Shown in pieces: positions 22,257 to 34,415 of a DNA stretch of 39,538 bases; within the stretch, counting starts at the first letter, position 1; each line of letters starts with the position of its first letter. The notes under the pieces were generated by a model. The model worked only from the letters and a program-made list of their open reading frames with translations. It was not told the DNA's origin and did not search any database. Location of the stretch: NCBI RefSeq assembly GCF_006345805.1, contig NW_021835508.1, forward strand, positions 1-39,538, given 5' to 3'. The position numbers and the translations under genes were made by a program. Source of the DNA: Octopus sinensis. Its lineage: Eukaryota.

Positions 22257-22291
22257 CGGTAACAACAACAACAACCGCAACAACAATAACA
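21875..22291 (+). mobile_element. Degenerate retroposed insert with (CAA)n tail and an apparent 17-bp TSD
   Basis: ACCAGCTGCGATTTCAA at 21858-21874 and 22292-22308. The internal GATGGCCACAGCTGGAATG motif recurs in degenerate form near 31270 and 32000. Confidence 0.5.
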
Positions 22292-22911
22292 ACCAGCTGC
22301 GATTTCAATAAAGGCAATAAAATTTGTTCAGTGGAGTAGAAGCTATAGAATTAAAAAAAAGGGGGGGGGGGAAGAAAAACGAAAAGAAAAGGAAAAGAAA
22401 AGAATACAAGTGGGTGTTTATGGGTTGATATCTTCACCATTGTCCCATCTCTATCGACACCATCTGTGAATACGTGACTTGCCTTGTAAATAACCGTACT
22501 CTTATTTGTCAAGTTCATCTCTCCTTGCATATAATTATATGCCTTACAGACCAGTTATCTAACATTATCCTTTCAGCTTTTAGGGATTGGTTTTTCCTAC
22601 TTCCCCTATTACGCCGAACAAAGAGCCAAGAACCCTTCCTTTCAAAAACTGTAAACATACATTGTTAGAAACCATTTGTGTGCGTTTATATGAGTGTGGC
22701 AGGGTTATCAATAAACATTTCTTAAATTGGCTGATAATACCATAGTGTAGGTGTAAGCACGAGGTGAACTGAACGCACGACCCAGTTTCTGTCCCAGGTT
22801 ACGCTATTTCATTTCATTCATGTATATTGGAAAGGACTTAACGCCACAGCACTCCATTTCCAGAAATCATCCTTCTATAGCCTTCTACAAGCTATATCCA
22901 TAAAAGGGATT

Positions 22912-23320
22912 GGATATTTTCGGTTTGAACGGCAGTTTTTCTAGCGGTGTCGTATGAAATTGTCACCCATAATTATGACCTAGTATCGATCTATTGCATT
23001 TCAATCTGTTTTAGGGTTAGGGGTGGGGGAAGGGTATCTTTTTTTCTTCACAAATGTAAATAAACCCAATCTGTTTCTTAAACGAGGGACATATTCATAC
23101 GGCACAGAATGTTTTCACCTCAATAGACGTCATTGATTGGTTGAAATTGCAGAAATTGCAGAAAAAACAACAACAAATATCTTACAAACTATAGAATTTT
23201 CTCAATAAAGCCAAGAGAAAAAGTTGCTTTATAAACACATTCTACCAGTATACGAAGTTTAAAAGTGTTTAGTTACGTGGAAATTATTTTAAAAAACTGC
23301 CGTTCAAACCGAAAAGATCC
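22912..23320. mobile_element. MITE, copy 2 (same family as 8741-9151)
   Basis: TIRs GGATATTTTCGGTTTGAACGGCAG and CTGCCGTTCAAACCGAAAAGATCC. TSD AAGGGATT at 22904-22911 and 23321-23328. The interior aligns with copy 1. Confidence 0.92.
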
Positions 23321-23989
23321 AAGGGATTTTGAATACAACAATGTTAATCAATGAAATACTCGTTAACTCCTTGCAGACGGATTTAGCACTAATAATCTGT
23401 GCTGTGTACTGGCATTAGGCCGTTCACTAGCTACATAATTTTTCATACTAGGAATTTTACAGTGTATTTCCTCAGTGTGGCATATTTGAGAACGCAGTGC
23501 CGCACAGAGCGAGACATCACATAGTGTTCACACACATAGTGTTTCGATGCGGTCAGTACCGTTTCCCGTTTGCAAGAGGTTAAATAGAAACCACAATCGC
23601 AGTACTATCATTGCGGTTTATATTTTACGTTAGAGCAATTTCCCTTCCCTTGTGTCACTACTATTTGGCGTGAATGCGACAACCTAAAATTTCGCTCCTG
23701 TTTATAAATCTCAAGTTTTACGCTTAGTCGAAAGTAGTCCACAAATATTTATTTCCGAGTGCAAATTACAAGTAGGTTCCAAGTGTACGGAGTTCGTGAT
23801 ACAGCTTCGATTTTTTTAATTTTCGGTTAAGATCGTTTCACTTCAACATTGTGTCAATTCCTTTCCTTTCTACAAAACCTTATGGTTTTACATGAAATCA
23901 ATCAAAAATAAAAAAAAAGGGACCATAGGTCCTTCCCGAGCCATATGCGTTTAAAACCGTTTTCTCGGATCCTGTATCGTATATATTCC

Positions 23990-24170
23990 AATCACAGACG
24001 GGGCGCCGGTCCGTCACAGGATTATTCATTTTTGCCCGCTGAGTAAACTGGAGAAATATGAAATAAAATGTTTTGCTCAAGAACACAACGCATCGCCCTG
24101 TCCAGGAACTGAAACCATAATCTAATTAACATGAATGTCACACTCTAACCAATAAGCCACGCGCCTCTAC
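23990..24170 (-). mobile_element. Degenerate tRNA-derived SINE (family D-like)
   Basis: Minus strand: GAGGCGCGTGGCTTATTGGTTAGAGTG...GGTTTCAGTTCC...TTCTTGAGCAAAACATTTTATTTC. Similar to 27975-28160. Confidence 0.6.
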
Positions 24171-24914
24171 GCGTGAAATCAATAATGGGTTCTTTCTTTT
24201 TATAATAGATTTTAACATTCGATTTCAATCAATATATTAATGACACTTAATTGTCAGCACAATCAAGATGGCAGTGAATGGTTATGAAACGCTTTGGTAC
24301 AACCGTTTCGGCGCTGCTTATATGACGTTGCTGATTTGATGCTGGCTTATTTGATATCATAATGTTGCTTTCGCTTTGATATTTCTCTATTCTCTCTCTC
24401 TCCCTCCCACACCTCTGTCCCCTTTCTCCACTATTTCACCGTCCCTCTCCGTCTCTCTCCTTTCTTTTTCCGTACCTCTCCCTCTCTCTCTCACCTTCCT
24501 TTTCTGTTTATGTCCATGAACATATTTCTCTTCCTGTGTATGAAGAGAGGAAAGTTTATGTCAATCGTATTCAATTAATAAATTGTAATGTATCTCTCTC
24601 CCTCCCCTTTCTCTCACTCTTTCTATTTGTATGTGCATGTTCTTGTGCATGCATGTGTGTATGCGTTTGCCTCCAGTGCTAAAAAGTACCGTCGCCAAAA
24701 CAGGCTGAGAATCCAGTCAGCTGAGCAAATCATCCGCGTCCAAGCAGCTGCGCCAAATAGCCTCATTCCAATAGTAAATGCTGGCAAGTTCAGTGAATCT
24801 ATTTCAGTTTAGCGCTAATCTCTGTTTTGCTTTTTAATAATGAAGCAGAATATATTGTCAATTGGTGAACTCCAATATACTAACTGGTATTTATTTCCTT
24901 GATATATGGGAGAT

Positions 24915-25222
24915 AAGGCACAAGGCTTAGTGGTTAGAGTATTCGACTCACGATCATTAGGTCGCGAGTTCGATTCCTGGCGGCACGTTTAGTTTTTGAG
25001 CAAGACACTTTATTACACGTTGCGCCAGTCACTCAGCTGCCAAAAATGAGTTGTTATTCAAAGGCCCAGCCTTGTCACATTCTGTGTCGCGCTGAATCTC
25101 TGTGAGAACTGCGTTAAGAGTACGTGTGTTTGTGGAATGCTCAGCACGTTAATTTCACGAGCAGATTGTTCCGTTGACCGGATCAAAAGGAACCTTCGTC
25201 GTTGTAACCGACGGAGTGCAAC
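24915..25222 (+). mobile_element. tRNA-derived SINE, family C-related
   Basis: GGCTTAGTGGTTAGAG (A box) and GAGTTCGATTCC (B box). The 3' domain ...GGAACCTTCGTCGTTGTAACCGACGGAGTGC is shared with 12267-12638. Confidence 0.85.
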
Positions 25223-25957
25223 ATATGCGAGATTTAAACTCAAAACTGCAAGACCTTGAACTAGAGAATATAAAGTTTGTCAATCAGCTAATTACCATTT
25301 TATCCATCTTCCACATTTCATCTAAGTGTATTACTAATAACGGATTTTCAGGCTACAAATTTATGTTATTTGATGTCCATAATTTTAATAAAGACATCAA
25401 TTGATTAAGTTCAATCCGGAATCAAACCATATTTCAAATTTTGCTAACCAAGAGTTTACCTCGTGTCTTACAATGCTTGCTTAAATACTGTAGAAATGGG
25501 CGGGTAACCAGGAAAGTGAAGCAAAATGAGTAATTTCTGATTTATCATTTTCTCTCTGCTTGTCTGAAACTATTACATTGCAAGTATTGTGTCATTAGCT
25601 TGTACTGTTGCATCATCCATGGCAGAAAAAATTGGCTAGCATAGTTGTTGTTGAAGTTTGAGGGAGTTTAAAACAACATTTTTTTTCAACAAATTTTACC
25701 GCTCTGATTCGGTTGTAATTGAAGTTGCTAACAAAATATCTGGATACTTTTTGATGTTTAACAATCAATATTCTTTTCTCTGTTGGATTCCAAGTCAATT
25801 TTTTCCCCATACTAATGTCTAGTTTGATGATTTTCAAAAATGATATCTAAAGTGAGGGAAAATGAGTAATAGCTAATTTCAATAATTTTTCTCTCAAACT
25901 ACAGGATACATAAATATATCAAAAAGGGATCATGAAGACGCTATAGAGAATATTTTA

Positions 25958-26880
25958 TGTTGCTTATGTACAATGCACTGATAGGTGTCCTCATCTTCTT
26001 TGTTGTTATCACAACATTTCGGCTGATGTACTCTCCAATATATATATGGAATAATTTGAGAATTTGGCTTTAGGATCAATATCATTAAATATGGCTTCGA
26101 TACTTTGATGACACCTTCATACTCTGGCCCCACCAGGAGGATGTCCAAGTAGTACTAAATCACGTGAACTCAATAAAGCCATCTATACAGTTCACAATGG
26201 AAATGGAAAAGACTATCAGCTGGCATTCCTGGACGCATTAATAGCACATACTGAGTATGGGTTCAGGACATCTGTATACCGCAAGCCAACCTTCACTGGA
26301 CAATACCTCAACTTCAATTCCCACTATCCATACAGTATAAAGAGAAAGATTGTTCAGTGCCTAAAACAGCGAGCAAAGACTATAAGTAGCAATCTTGATA
26401 CACACTACGAAGAAATGATCAGGCTAAGAAACAATCTGTTATGCAAGAACTATGCTAGGACACAATAACCTCCTAAGCAGACCTAGTGCAGATATGAATG
26501 TAATGTAGGAACAAGTATTAAGAAAAGATAAAATACTAGGTTTATAAGCCATAAAATTCACGCTACCATTTCTCACAGGCATATAGCATAGTGAATAAGA
26601 GTGCGGACTACTGACCCTCGGATTCCAACTTCAATCACCGTCAGGGACTTGAAAAATAATATCAACAGGAAAATAACATCTGCAACATTACTTAGGAATG
26701 AGAACAGTGTACCCCATTAGTCAAATAAAGGGTTGGGTTCGAAATTCTACCAGAACATCTGATGAAGGCTGGAGAGTACATCTGCCGAAACGTTGTGATA
26801 ACAACAAACAAGATGAGGACACCTACCCATCCATTGTAAATAATGTACATAATTCCTCATCCCCAAAATATAGAATAGTT
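25958..26880 (+). mobile_element. Truncated Penelope-like element (Poseidon-like RT C-terminus) with an inverted partial pLTR at the 5' end and a direct pLTR at the 3' end
   Basis: WLRYFDDTFILW (from 26092), IQFTMEME, LAFLDALI, VYRKPTFTGQYLNFNSHYP. Positions 25958-26036 are the reverse complement of about 26771-26850. Confidence 0.85.
26754..26799 (+). ncRNA. Minimal type-I hammerhead ribozyme in a PLE pLTR
   Basis: AACAU CUGAUGA A GGCUG GAGAGUACAU CUGCC GAAA CGU U GUGAU. Stem II has one mismatch here, but the inverted copy retains CAGCC. Stem III is the palindrome ACGU. Confidence 0.75.
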
Positions 26881-27974
26881 GTATTTTATGTTCAGTCGAG
26901 TTTCGTTAATTTCATATCACGTGTCGTGTTTTCATGATCCTCTTTCATTTGACCTTGATATTTAAAATTTTTGTTGCATTTCTAATCTTTCTGATGTCTG
27001 AGGATGGATATTGATGTGTATAAGTCTTTTTTCCAAATGTAATTCTCGAGAATTGAAGAGGCAAATTTACCTTATTCTGTTTTACTTATTTTACCCCACC
27101 TAAATTTGTCTTTTGTATGCTCAAAGAGAACGGAAGTAACTTTCTGAAATAGTGTTCTGAATATGTTATAGTTTAAATGCAATTAGAGATCATTTGCTTA
27201 GCTGATATAGTTTTTGTGAGGTAGTGTATATTTGTGAAAATATTTTTTTCCTCCTAGTCAAAAATGCAGTAAATATCAATCATTCCCCCCCCCCCACAAC
27301 TATCTAATACATTACAGTGATGACTACAATCGGTTAAATCAACTCCCTAGTACTTGACAAGCAATTATTTTATTGATCACGGAATGATAAAAAAAAAATT
27401 TGACAACGTTGAGATTTGACATCTGTATGTAAAATGGCTTAACCATAAGCAGCAAATCATTTTAGTCCGTTGCCCTACCTATCCTGTCATCGAAAACACA
27501 AAAGAAACAAAGAAACATCTGAGTCTTGTACTTAGAAGACAACTAAAGCATTTACATGATGACCGCAATGACACTACTATCTCATAACTTCGTTGCAGGA
27601 GTGTTGTTACTCTCCCTACAAGGAAAAATGTGGTCAAAATAAGAAGCTTTGTATAAATACACCTTTTGCTTGATAACATCCGGTTGGCACACCGAGACTA
27701 TTAAACAATCATAGTCTATACTAGACGCGCCTAAACCCGATAACTCTCTCGTTTACCACCTCCGCCATTCCGTATTTGTCTCTCTGTCATACGGACACAT
27801 GAAAAACAGACTATATAACTTCAGAAAATATCCGGTTTCGGACATATTGACGTCTCTAGGAAGAGAAAAGTAATTGACAGCGCTTGTTCTTTGTCTCCGT
27901 TAAGCTAAATAGATATGAAGCTTCAAAACAAACTAACTGGAAACATGGAGATGTTTGTGCTTCCTCCAATGTCA

Positions 27975-28160
27975 CAGCGTGAAGGCGTTCAGCCTGGAGG
28001 TTTAGAATGTTACAATCACAACCACATGATCGTGGTTTAGATTCCCGGACCGGGCGATGCGCTGTGATCTTGAGCAAAACATTTTTATTTTTAGTTGGCT
28101 CCAGTCAACTTAGCTGTAAATGAATAACCCTGCGTAGATTGGCATCCCCTTAAGGGGACA
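27975..28160 (+). mobile_element. Degenerate SINE (family D-like)
   Basis: GGTTTAGATTCCCGGACCGGGCGATGCGCTGTGATCTTGAGCAAAACATTTTTATTT matches 23990-24170. Confidence 0.55.
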
Positions 28161-28542
28161 TGTTGTGGTCTCAGTTACATATAAACTGTGATAACCTGGT
28201 AAACGGCTCTATGAGCCCCAGGACTCGAGACATTAATGTTCAAGGGTTGATGATGACGATGATGATGATGATGATGATGATGATGACGATGACGACGATG
28301 ATAAGTGTGATAACTAAGGTAATGTATTTCAATGACTGGAAGTTGAATCAACTTCGTAACTCATACCTCTAATACTCGTGGGCAATGACTAAAACCAACA
28401 CTCTAAAACCAAAGTCTCACAGACGCACGGTATTTCGCTCTGCTTCTTCAAACACCACAACAATGGCTTCTGCTCTGCTATACTACCTAATTGCTTACCC
28501 TCTCTGCTAAGGACAACTTGATTCACTGGTCTCACCTCTACC

Positions 28543-28914
28543 CAGCGCTGGGTAGCATAAATAAGTATGTGCTTAGGGCATCGAGGGAAGGGGGCACCAC
28601 AGAAATGGTAAATAGTTTACGGCACACTTTAAACTTGCTAAAATCATATTCGGGATGCCTTTATCTCTGCTAAGTATAGATGCAGATGTGTTACCTAAGA
28701 TTAATTTTGAGGATCTGATCAAAGGCTTTGCAATTAAAAAAAAAACTTTACAAATATAAAGTGGAAGTATTCAAAAATAAACATAATTTTCCATATTTTG
28801 TTTCATTTTGAAAATAAAGATTTATTTTATAGTTTATTATTGTTTACATTTTTAATTACATATATATGGGGACGCCAAAATCTTTTAAATGCAATGGGCC
28901 ATAATTCGGCTCTG
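28543..28914 (+). mobile_element. hAT deletion derivative with 8-bp TSD and a transposase C-terminal remnant
   Basis: TSD CCTCTACC at 28535-28542 and 28915-28922; degenerate CAG...CTG termini. Positions 28661-28741 translate to LSLLSIDADVLPKINFEDLIKGFAIKK, resembling the end of the hAT dimerization domain. Confidence 0.75.
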
Positions 28915-29525
28915 CCTCTACCCGTGTCTTATCCCCTACAACCCGTTCCTAACGCTTCACCGAATACTTTCTTGCTAAGTATAGAAGCCTCTGGACTTTC
29001 CTCAGCGTCCATAAATTCCCTTCACACACAGACCAATGGGAGAAGTGAAAGTCAATCATATTGATCTCATCAATCAGTGACCACCTAAAAAGGTTATTGG
29101 TATATATTTCTCATAATAAAAAAAATTATTACATCTCTTCTACCTGACATGAGTATCACAAAAGTGAGTTCTGAGTTAGTTACAATGTCCTCCAATAGTT
29201 GTAGGGTTGTACCTGTAATTGGATTCTTAGATTAAATACAATTAGATTTGAAAACCACTCAATTGTTGTCTGATATAAGAAAATAATGGGATTTATTACA
29301 AGAGAGATTAACTGGTCTAATTATTAAAAAATAGATCCGACCACAGAGAACAACCAGTGATATTATTCACTTCCAGAAAAAAAAGAGAGGAAAACATAAC
29401 CTCTTTAATATCCAAGGTGAAGATGTCAACATGGCGCCTTCACTCAGATTACTGAGTGTGGGTGAGCATAAATTAGACAATCTTTGTTAAACAATTTATT
29501 CATTAATACTCGAAATATATATATA

Positions 29526-29983
29526 TTCTTTTACTCGTTTCAGTCATTTGACTGCAGCCATACTGGGGCACCATTCTGAAGAATTTCAGTCAAACAAATC
29601 ACCCTTGGTGCTTACTATTAAGTCTGTTACGGATTCTATCACTGCCTTTTGGCAAACTGCTCACAAACTAACACCAGTTGTCAAGCATAAACATAAGCAC
29701 ACACACATAATCACACGTAATATATATATATATATGTATAAGGGTGACTTGTTTTTTCATATATATATATATATATATATCTATATATATATATATATAT
29801 ATAATATATATATATATATACATACAGGTACAACAGACTTTTTTCAATTTCCGTTAACCAGATCCACTCCCAAGGTTTAGTCAGCTCAAGGCTATAGTAG
29901 ATGACCACCAGGGTTCCACGCAGTTGGGTTGAACCTGGAATCATGTGGGGAGGAAGCAAATTTCTTACTACACAGCAATGCCT
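29526..29983 (-). mobile_element. Older family A SINE with about 130 bp of internal (TA)n
   Basis: The tail hairpin CAGTCATTTGACTG is at 29541-29554; body and head are degenerate. Confidence 0.75.
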
Positions 29984-30161
29984 AATCAAATTTACAATAT
30001 TTATTGGTCGATTCACAATGAACGGTTAACCTCTTTTAGTTCTGCAACTTGATAATCAAAACGATTACGTTGCCAGCATTCGGTCCAGACATCTAGTCTG
30101 GGAGTAATTTCCTCCCATTTGTCTTGGACACACTGAAAAGGACTATGCGCGTTTCCCTTAC

Positions 30162-30257
30162 CGCTCTGGAAAATATGCTTCGATACAGACCCTGACTCGC
30201 ATGCACCGCAAGTAAATGTAACATTTATGCAAGGAATACGTATGTTCAACAGATGAA
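30162..30257 (-). other. Candidate 96-nt internal exon of an unidentified host gene
   Basis: Acceptor TTTTTTTCTGTTAATTCAG| and donor G|GTAAGG on the minus strand. The length is a multiple of 3, two frames are open, and the sequence is non-repetitive. No protein family recognised. Confidence 0.25.
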
Positions 30258-30904
30258 CTGAATTAACAGAAAAAAACCCAGATGACATCAAGTTGCAGAG
30301 CGCAGAAATTCATTTCCAAAAACTGGCCCGAATTGCAAACAAGGTGAACATCCGACGATGTAACAGCTGCGGATATGGCTGAAGAAAAAGTAATAGCAAG
30401 AGTAGAGATGGACTAAGAGAATTTAAGTTGTCCATTAATACTTGTGGGTAAGTAAAGGCTTTGAGTAAAGATTATATTCTTGCTGTGGTTATGGAGGAGG
30501 GTTGAAGGAACGGTATAACAAATTAAAACGCCTATCTACGAGTCTAGAGATTGCTTGTGTGTTTTAACGAATATGATGAAAGTGACCCGAAAGCAGTGAC
30601 TTAAATTAGGTCCGGTTTCACAGACACACAAGGAAAAAAACTTGGAGTGGCTAGTAAGTGAAAGCTCAGCTTATAAAGATGAAATGTATATGTATAGGTT
30701 TTGAAGGCGACATTAACAAGCGTCATTGTGTTAAAAGCAACAGCCAAAATGTACTCAAATTACACCCCAACGTCTTAAAAGAGAAATAACACATTGGTTA
30801 AAATAGTTAGAGGAAAGACATTGCCAATTACCTTTCAGAAGGTCTCTAGGAGGGAGAGGAGAGAGGGAGGGTAGGACCAATATATCCTCAAGATGAAGGC
30901 ATGA

Positions 30905-31137
30905 AGGTGGCGAGCCGGCAGAAACGTTTGCATGCCGGGCGAAATGCTTAGCGGTATTTCGTCTGCCGCAACGTTCTGAGTTCAAATTCCGCCGAGGTCG
31001 ACTTTGCCTTTCATCCTTTCGGGGTCGATTAAATAAGTACCAGATACGCACTGGGGTCGATGTAATCGACTTAACCCCTTTTTCTGTCCTTGTTTGTCCC
31101 CTCTTTGTTTAGCCCCTTGTGGGCAATAAAGAAATAA
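30905..31137 (+). mobile_element. Family B SINE, full length, with 15-bp TSD
   Basis: TSD AAGATGAAGGCATGA at 30890-30904 and 31138-31152; B box GAGTTCAAATTCC. Confidence 0.92.
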
Positions 31138-33494
31138 AAGATGAAGGCATGACCCGAATACTTGCAGCAGAGCAGATTCTGTTTAGTCACCCAACGTGCC
31201 AGGTGGTGTTAAACTGAGTAACAGATTTAAGCTTACCACCCAAGTCCGAGATATCTGAAAAAAAGAGACGGTCATGGATGGAATGCCTTTGATGATAGCT
31301 CAGCTCAATAAGGACCAACCTAGAAAATGCAGAGCAACAGCAAGAACATTAACATAACGAGCTCATCTTACTAAAACTTGTTATTTTTAATAACAACCTA
31401 ACTTCCAGCAAATCATACCTTGTTGTCATTAAAAAAATATGCTCATCGGATAATGATATATCATGTCTTAAATGAAAGATGAGATAATTATATCTGGGAT
31501 CTTTATGGTCATAGGTCTGCTTAGTCAAGAATGTTTTGCACTAAACCAAACAATATTACGATAATAAACTTATACATACCATCACTCTACTCACCAATCA
31601 TTCCGTCAGCTTACACGCAACAATTGGACTGCCTTGGCATATTCACAAACACCATGACTGAGTGACATTTCGGCATACAAACATATCTGGTAACAAAATA
31701 TATATATATAAGACACATCTAATATCTACAATCACATAGCAAGCAATATTCCAAACTACGATCTACTGACTGTCTGCTGATCAAATCACAACACATCAAT
31801 AATCAAATGAAACGTTATATGAAGCAAAAAGCTGATTAGAACAACTTCTAACCAGAGAGACAACAAAGAACTCTATGTGGTCGCTCGACCTCTTAGAGAA
31901 AGTAGCCAAATTCCCCTCAGATTTCACTTCACCACTTTACAAAGGAAAGCAATTTGAATAATAGTCATGAGTATATTGTCTGAGAATAATATAAGATGGT
32001 CATGGCTGGAATTCGGTGGTCATGGCTCTAGTCATTCAGAATTAATTTCATGTTAAACATGAACTACATTATCTAACACAAATATTTCTGTATTACAGAC
32101 ATTCAACAAAACAATGGTTTCTAAATTATGCACAAGGCCGGTAACTTTGATGAGAAAAGATTAGTCGATACCATCAACCTCAGTGGCTCGTTGGTAGTTT
32201 ATCTTATTGATCTTGGGGTGGGGAATGAAAGACAAAATTGACCTTTGTTAATACGTACACACATACACACTCGAGCGCCGGCACATCTGCATCTGTACGC
32301 GCGCGAGAGTGTGCGTGTGTACGAGTGACTCTTCATAGGCGAGTATTATTAACTAATAGGTAACTGTTACTACTAGAAAATGTAAACTAATAAACAACCA
32401 AAAGGTTATAGACTTCAAGAACATCGTATGTTTGCCCACTGTACCATCTATACAGAAGCAAAAACAGATAACTATTTCAGAATTCATCGCTATTAATTTT
32501 TACTGCATTACTTCCACCATTGTTTTGTCTTCTTTTATAATTTCATTCACTTCTAGGATGCATTGTTATAATATAACTCAATACTCGATGGGCACTTTAT
32601 TTTACGTACCATGAAAGAATGAAAAACAAAATTGACTTCGGTAGGATTTGAACTCACAACGTAACGATCCGTTACTAAATACCACAAGGCAGCGATATTT
32701 TCTAACAATGTTTCTTTGACGACATTACCTAATGTATCTTTCGTTTACAGCGCAGTAAAATGAGATCGGAAGAGATTTTGCTGTTACTTCTAGCGTCTCT
32801 ATACATACTACACACATTCATATATAGTGTGTGTGTGTGTGGTGTGTGTGTGTGTGTGTGTGTGTAAGAACACAAATGGAGTTTTACGTATATATTTACG
32901 TGAATCTCTCTTGTCGCTCGAGTAGCTACAAATAGCAGCCAAATCTCCATCAAAACTTATATCACGTAAATAGGAACATGTACTGAATATGCAATATTCT
33001 TGAAACATGGGATGGTCACATCTTGAATACCATTGACCTTAGGTCTGCTCCGTCAGAGTCGATTGGGGGTAAACAGTAACACAGTCAAACACACACACTT
33101 AAGTGACATAGCCACCCATTCCAAGTTTATACGGGTGTGGACCTATATAGATTCATAGTAACTAGTAACATATTTACAAGACTGTAGGGCTGTCTTCTCT
33201 TAAACAAAGTAGCCTCGCCATTTTGTTAGGTACCGATTTGCATTCTGAAAAGCAAAACAACTTGAATACATCCCAGAGTAAAACATAAACAGTATATAAA
33301 TACGTGCACACACACACACAAACACAAACACACGCTCGTGCGTCGGCACATCAGTGTCTGTACGTGTGTGTGTACGAATAACTCTTCATAGGCGAATATT
33401 ATTAACATAGGAACTACAAATGCATAAATTCAATATGGCGAAAAATATGTTCAAAGCGCCATTGGAATTCATTTGTATTCATAGGCAGGATATG

Positions 33495-33511
33495 TGCGCA
33501 CACACACACAC

Positions 33512-33553
<42 letters not shown>

Positions 33554-33616
33554 ACGTTATACGTATGAATGTGTGTATGTATGTATATATATATATATAT
33601 GTATATGTATGCATTG

Positions 33617-33655
<39 letters not shown>

Positions 33656-33675
33656 CACATATATGTATATATATA
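33495..33675. repeat. (CA)n/(TA)n microsatellites
   Basis: Directly visible. Confidence 0.9.
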
Positions 33676-33881
33676 TCCGCCAGTGTGTGAGTGAAAATGT
33701 AGCATGATCTTTTAAATTAATAAGGAATTAAATCACAGAACAAAGGCTGTGAGAGGGAGGAGGGAAGGAAGGGGAAGGGAGAGAGAGAAAGATAGAGAAC
33801 GTACAGAACACGACACACTAGATAATACGATCTTTGGCACCCGGATAGTCTAGGAAAAATACGCACAAAATATGTGTAGAA

Positions 33882-33918
<37 letters not shown>

Positions 33919-34116
33919 TTACATATATATGTATGTATGTATTATGTTTATAATTTATTTTTAAAATGCATTATTTTATATATATATATATAATATATAT
34001 ATATATATATTATATATATAACGGGAACTTTATGAAAATAGACAAAAGACGAAGGCAGGTGGAAACAAAACAAACAATTGTATTGTATGGCGCTCAGGAA
34101 ATATAAATAAAACAAG

Positions 34117-34153
34117 TCTTTAACGTTTCGAGCCTACGCTCTCAACAGAAAGA
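34117..34153 (-). ncRNA. Candidate minimal hammerhead ribozyme, variant core CUGUUGA (distal copy)
   Basis: UCUUU CUGUUGA GAGC GUAG GCUC GAAA CGU U AAAGA, with perfect stems I and II and palindromic stem III ACGU. Confidence 0.65.
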
Positions 34154-34415
34154 TACACAGAGAGAGAAAAACCAGAAAGAAGAAGAGAAAAAAAATGCGT
34201 ATGAAATGAATGTAAAAAAGTGGTAATATAAGAGGAAATAAAAATACAACAACGGGACAGTTTATGCGAACAAGTTCAAGGTTGAAAGTTCAAGGTGAGA
34301 ATGTATAATATTATATAACGGGAAGCTTTATGAAAATAGACAAAAGACGAAGGCAGGTGGAAAACAAACAAACAATTGTATTAGTATGGCGCTCAGGAAA
34401 TATAAATAAAACAAG

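Noticed and set aside
24270-24330. GAAACG motifs on both strands suggesting another hammerhead
   Set aside because: No CUGANGA-like core or stem II at the proper distance.
28668-28985. 13-bp direct repeat TGCTAAGTATAGA as a TSD
   Set aside because: One copy lies inside the hAT coding remnant, and the element's real TSD is CCTCTACC; probably chance.
30262-30446. Plus-strand frame with an in-frame TGA (CNSCGYG*RK) as a selenoprotein exon
   Set aside because: The frame is closed by another TGA just upstream, no SECIS was seen and no family was recognised.
31255-33075. Several short SINE-like fragments (about 31260, 31870, 32120, 32610 and 32915)
   Set aside because: Too degenerate to assign boundaries or family, so they are not listed as features.
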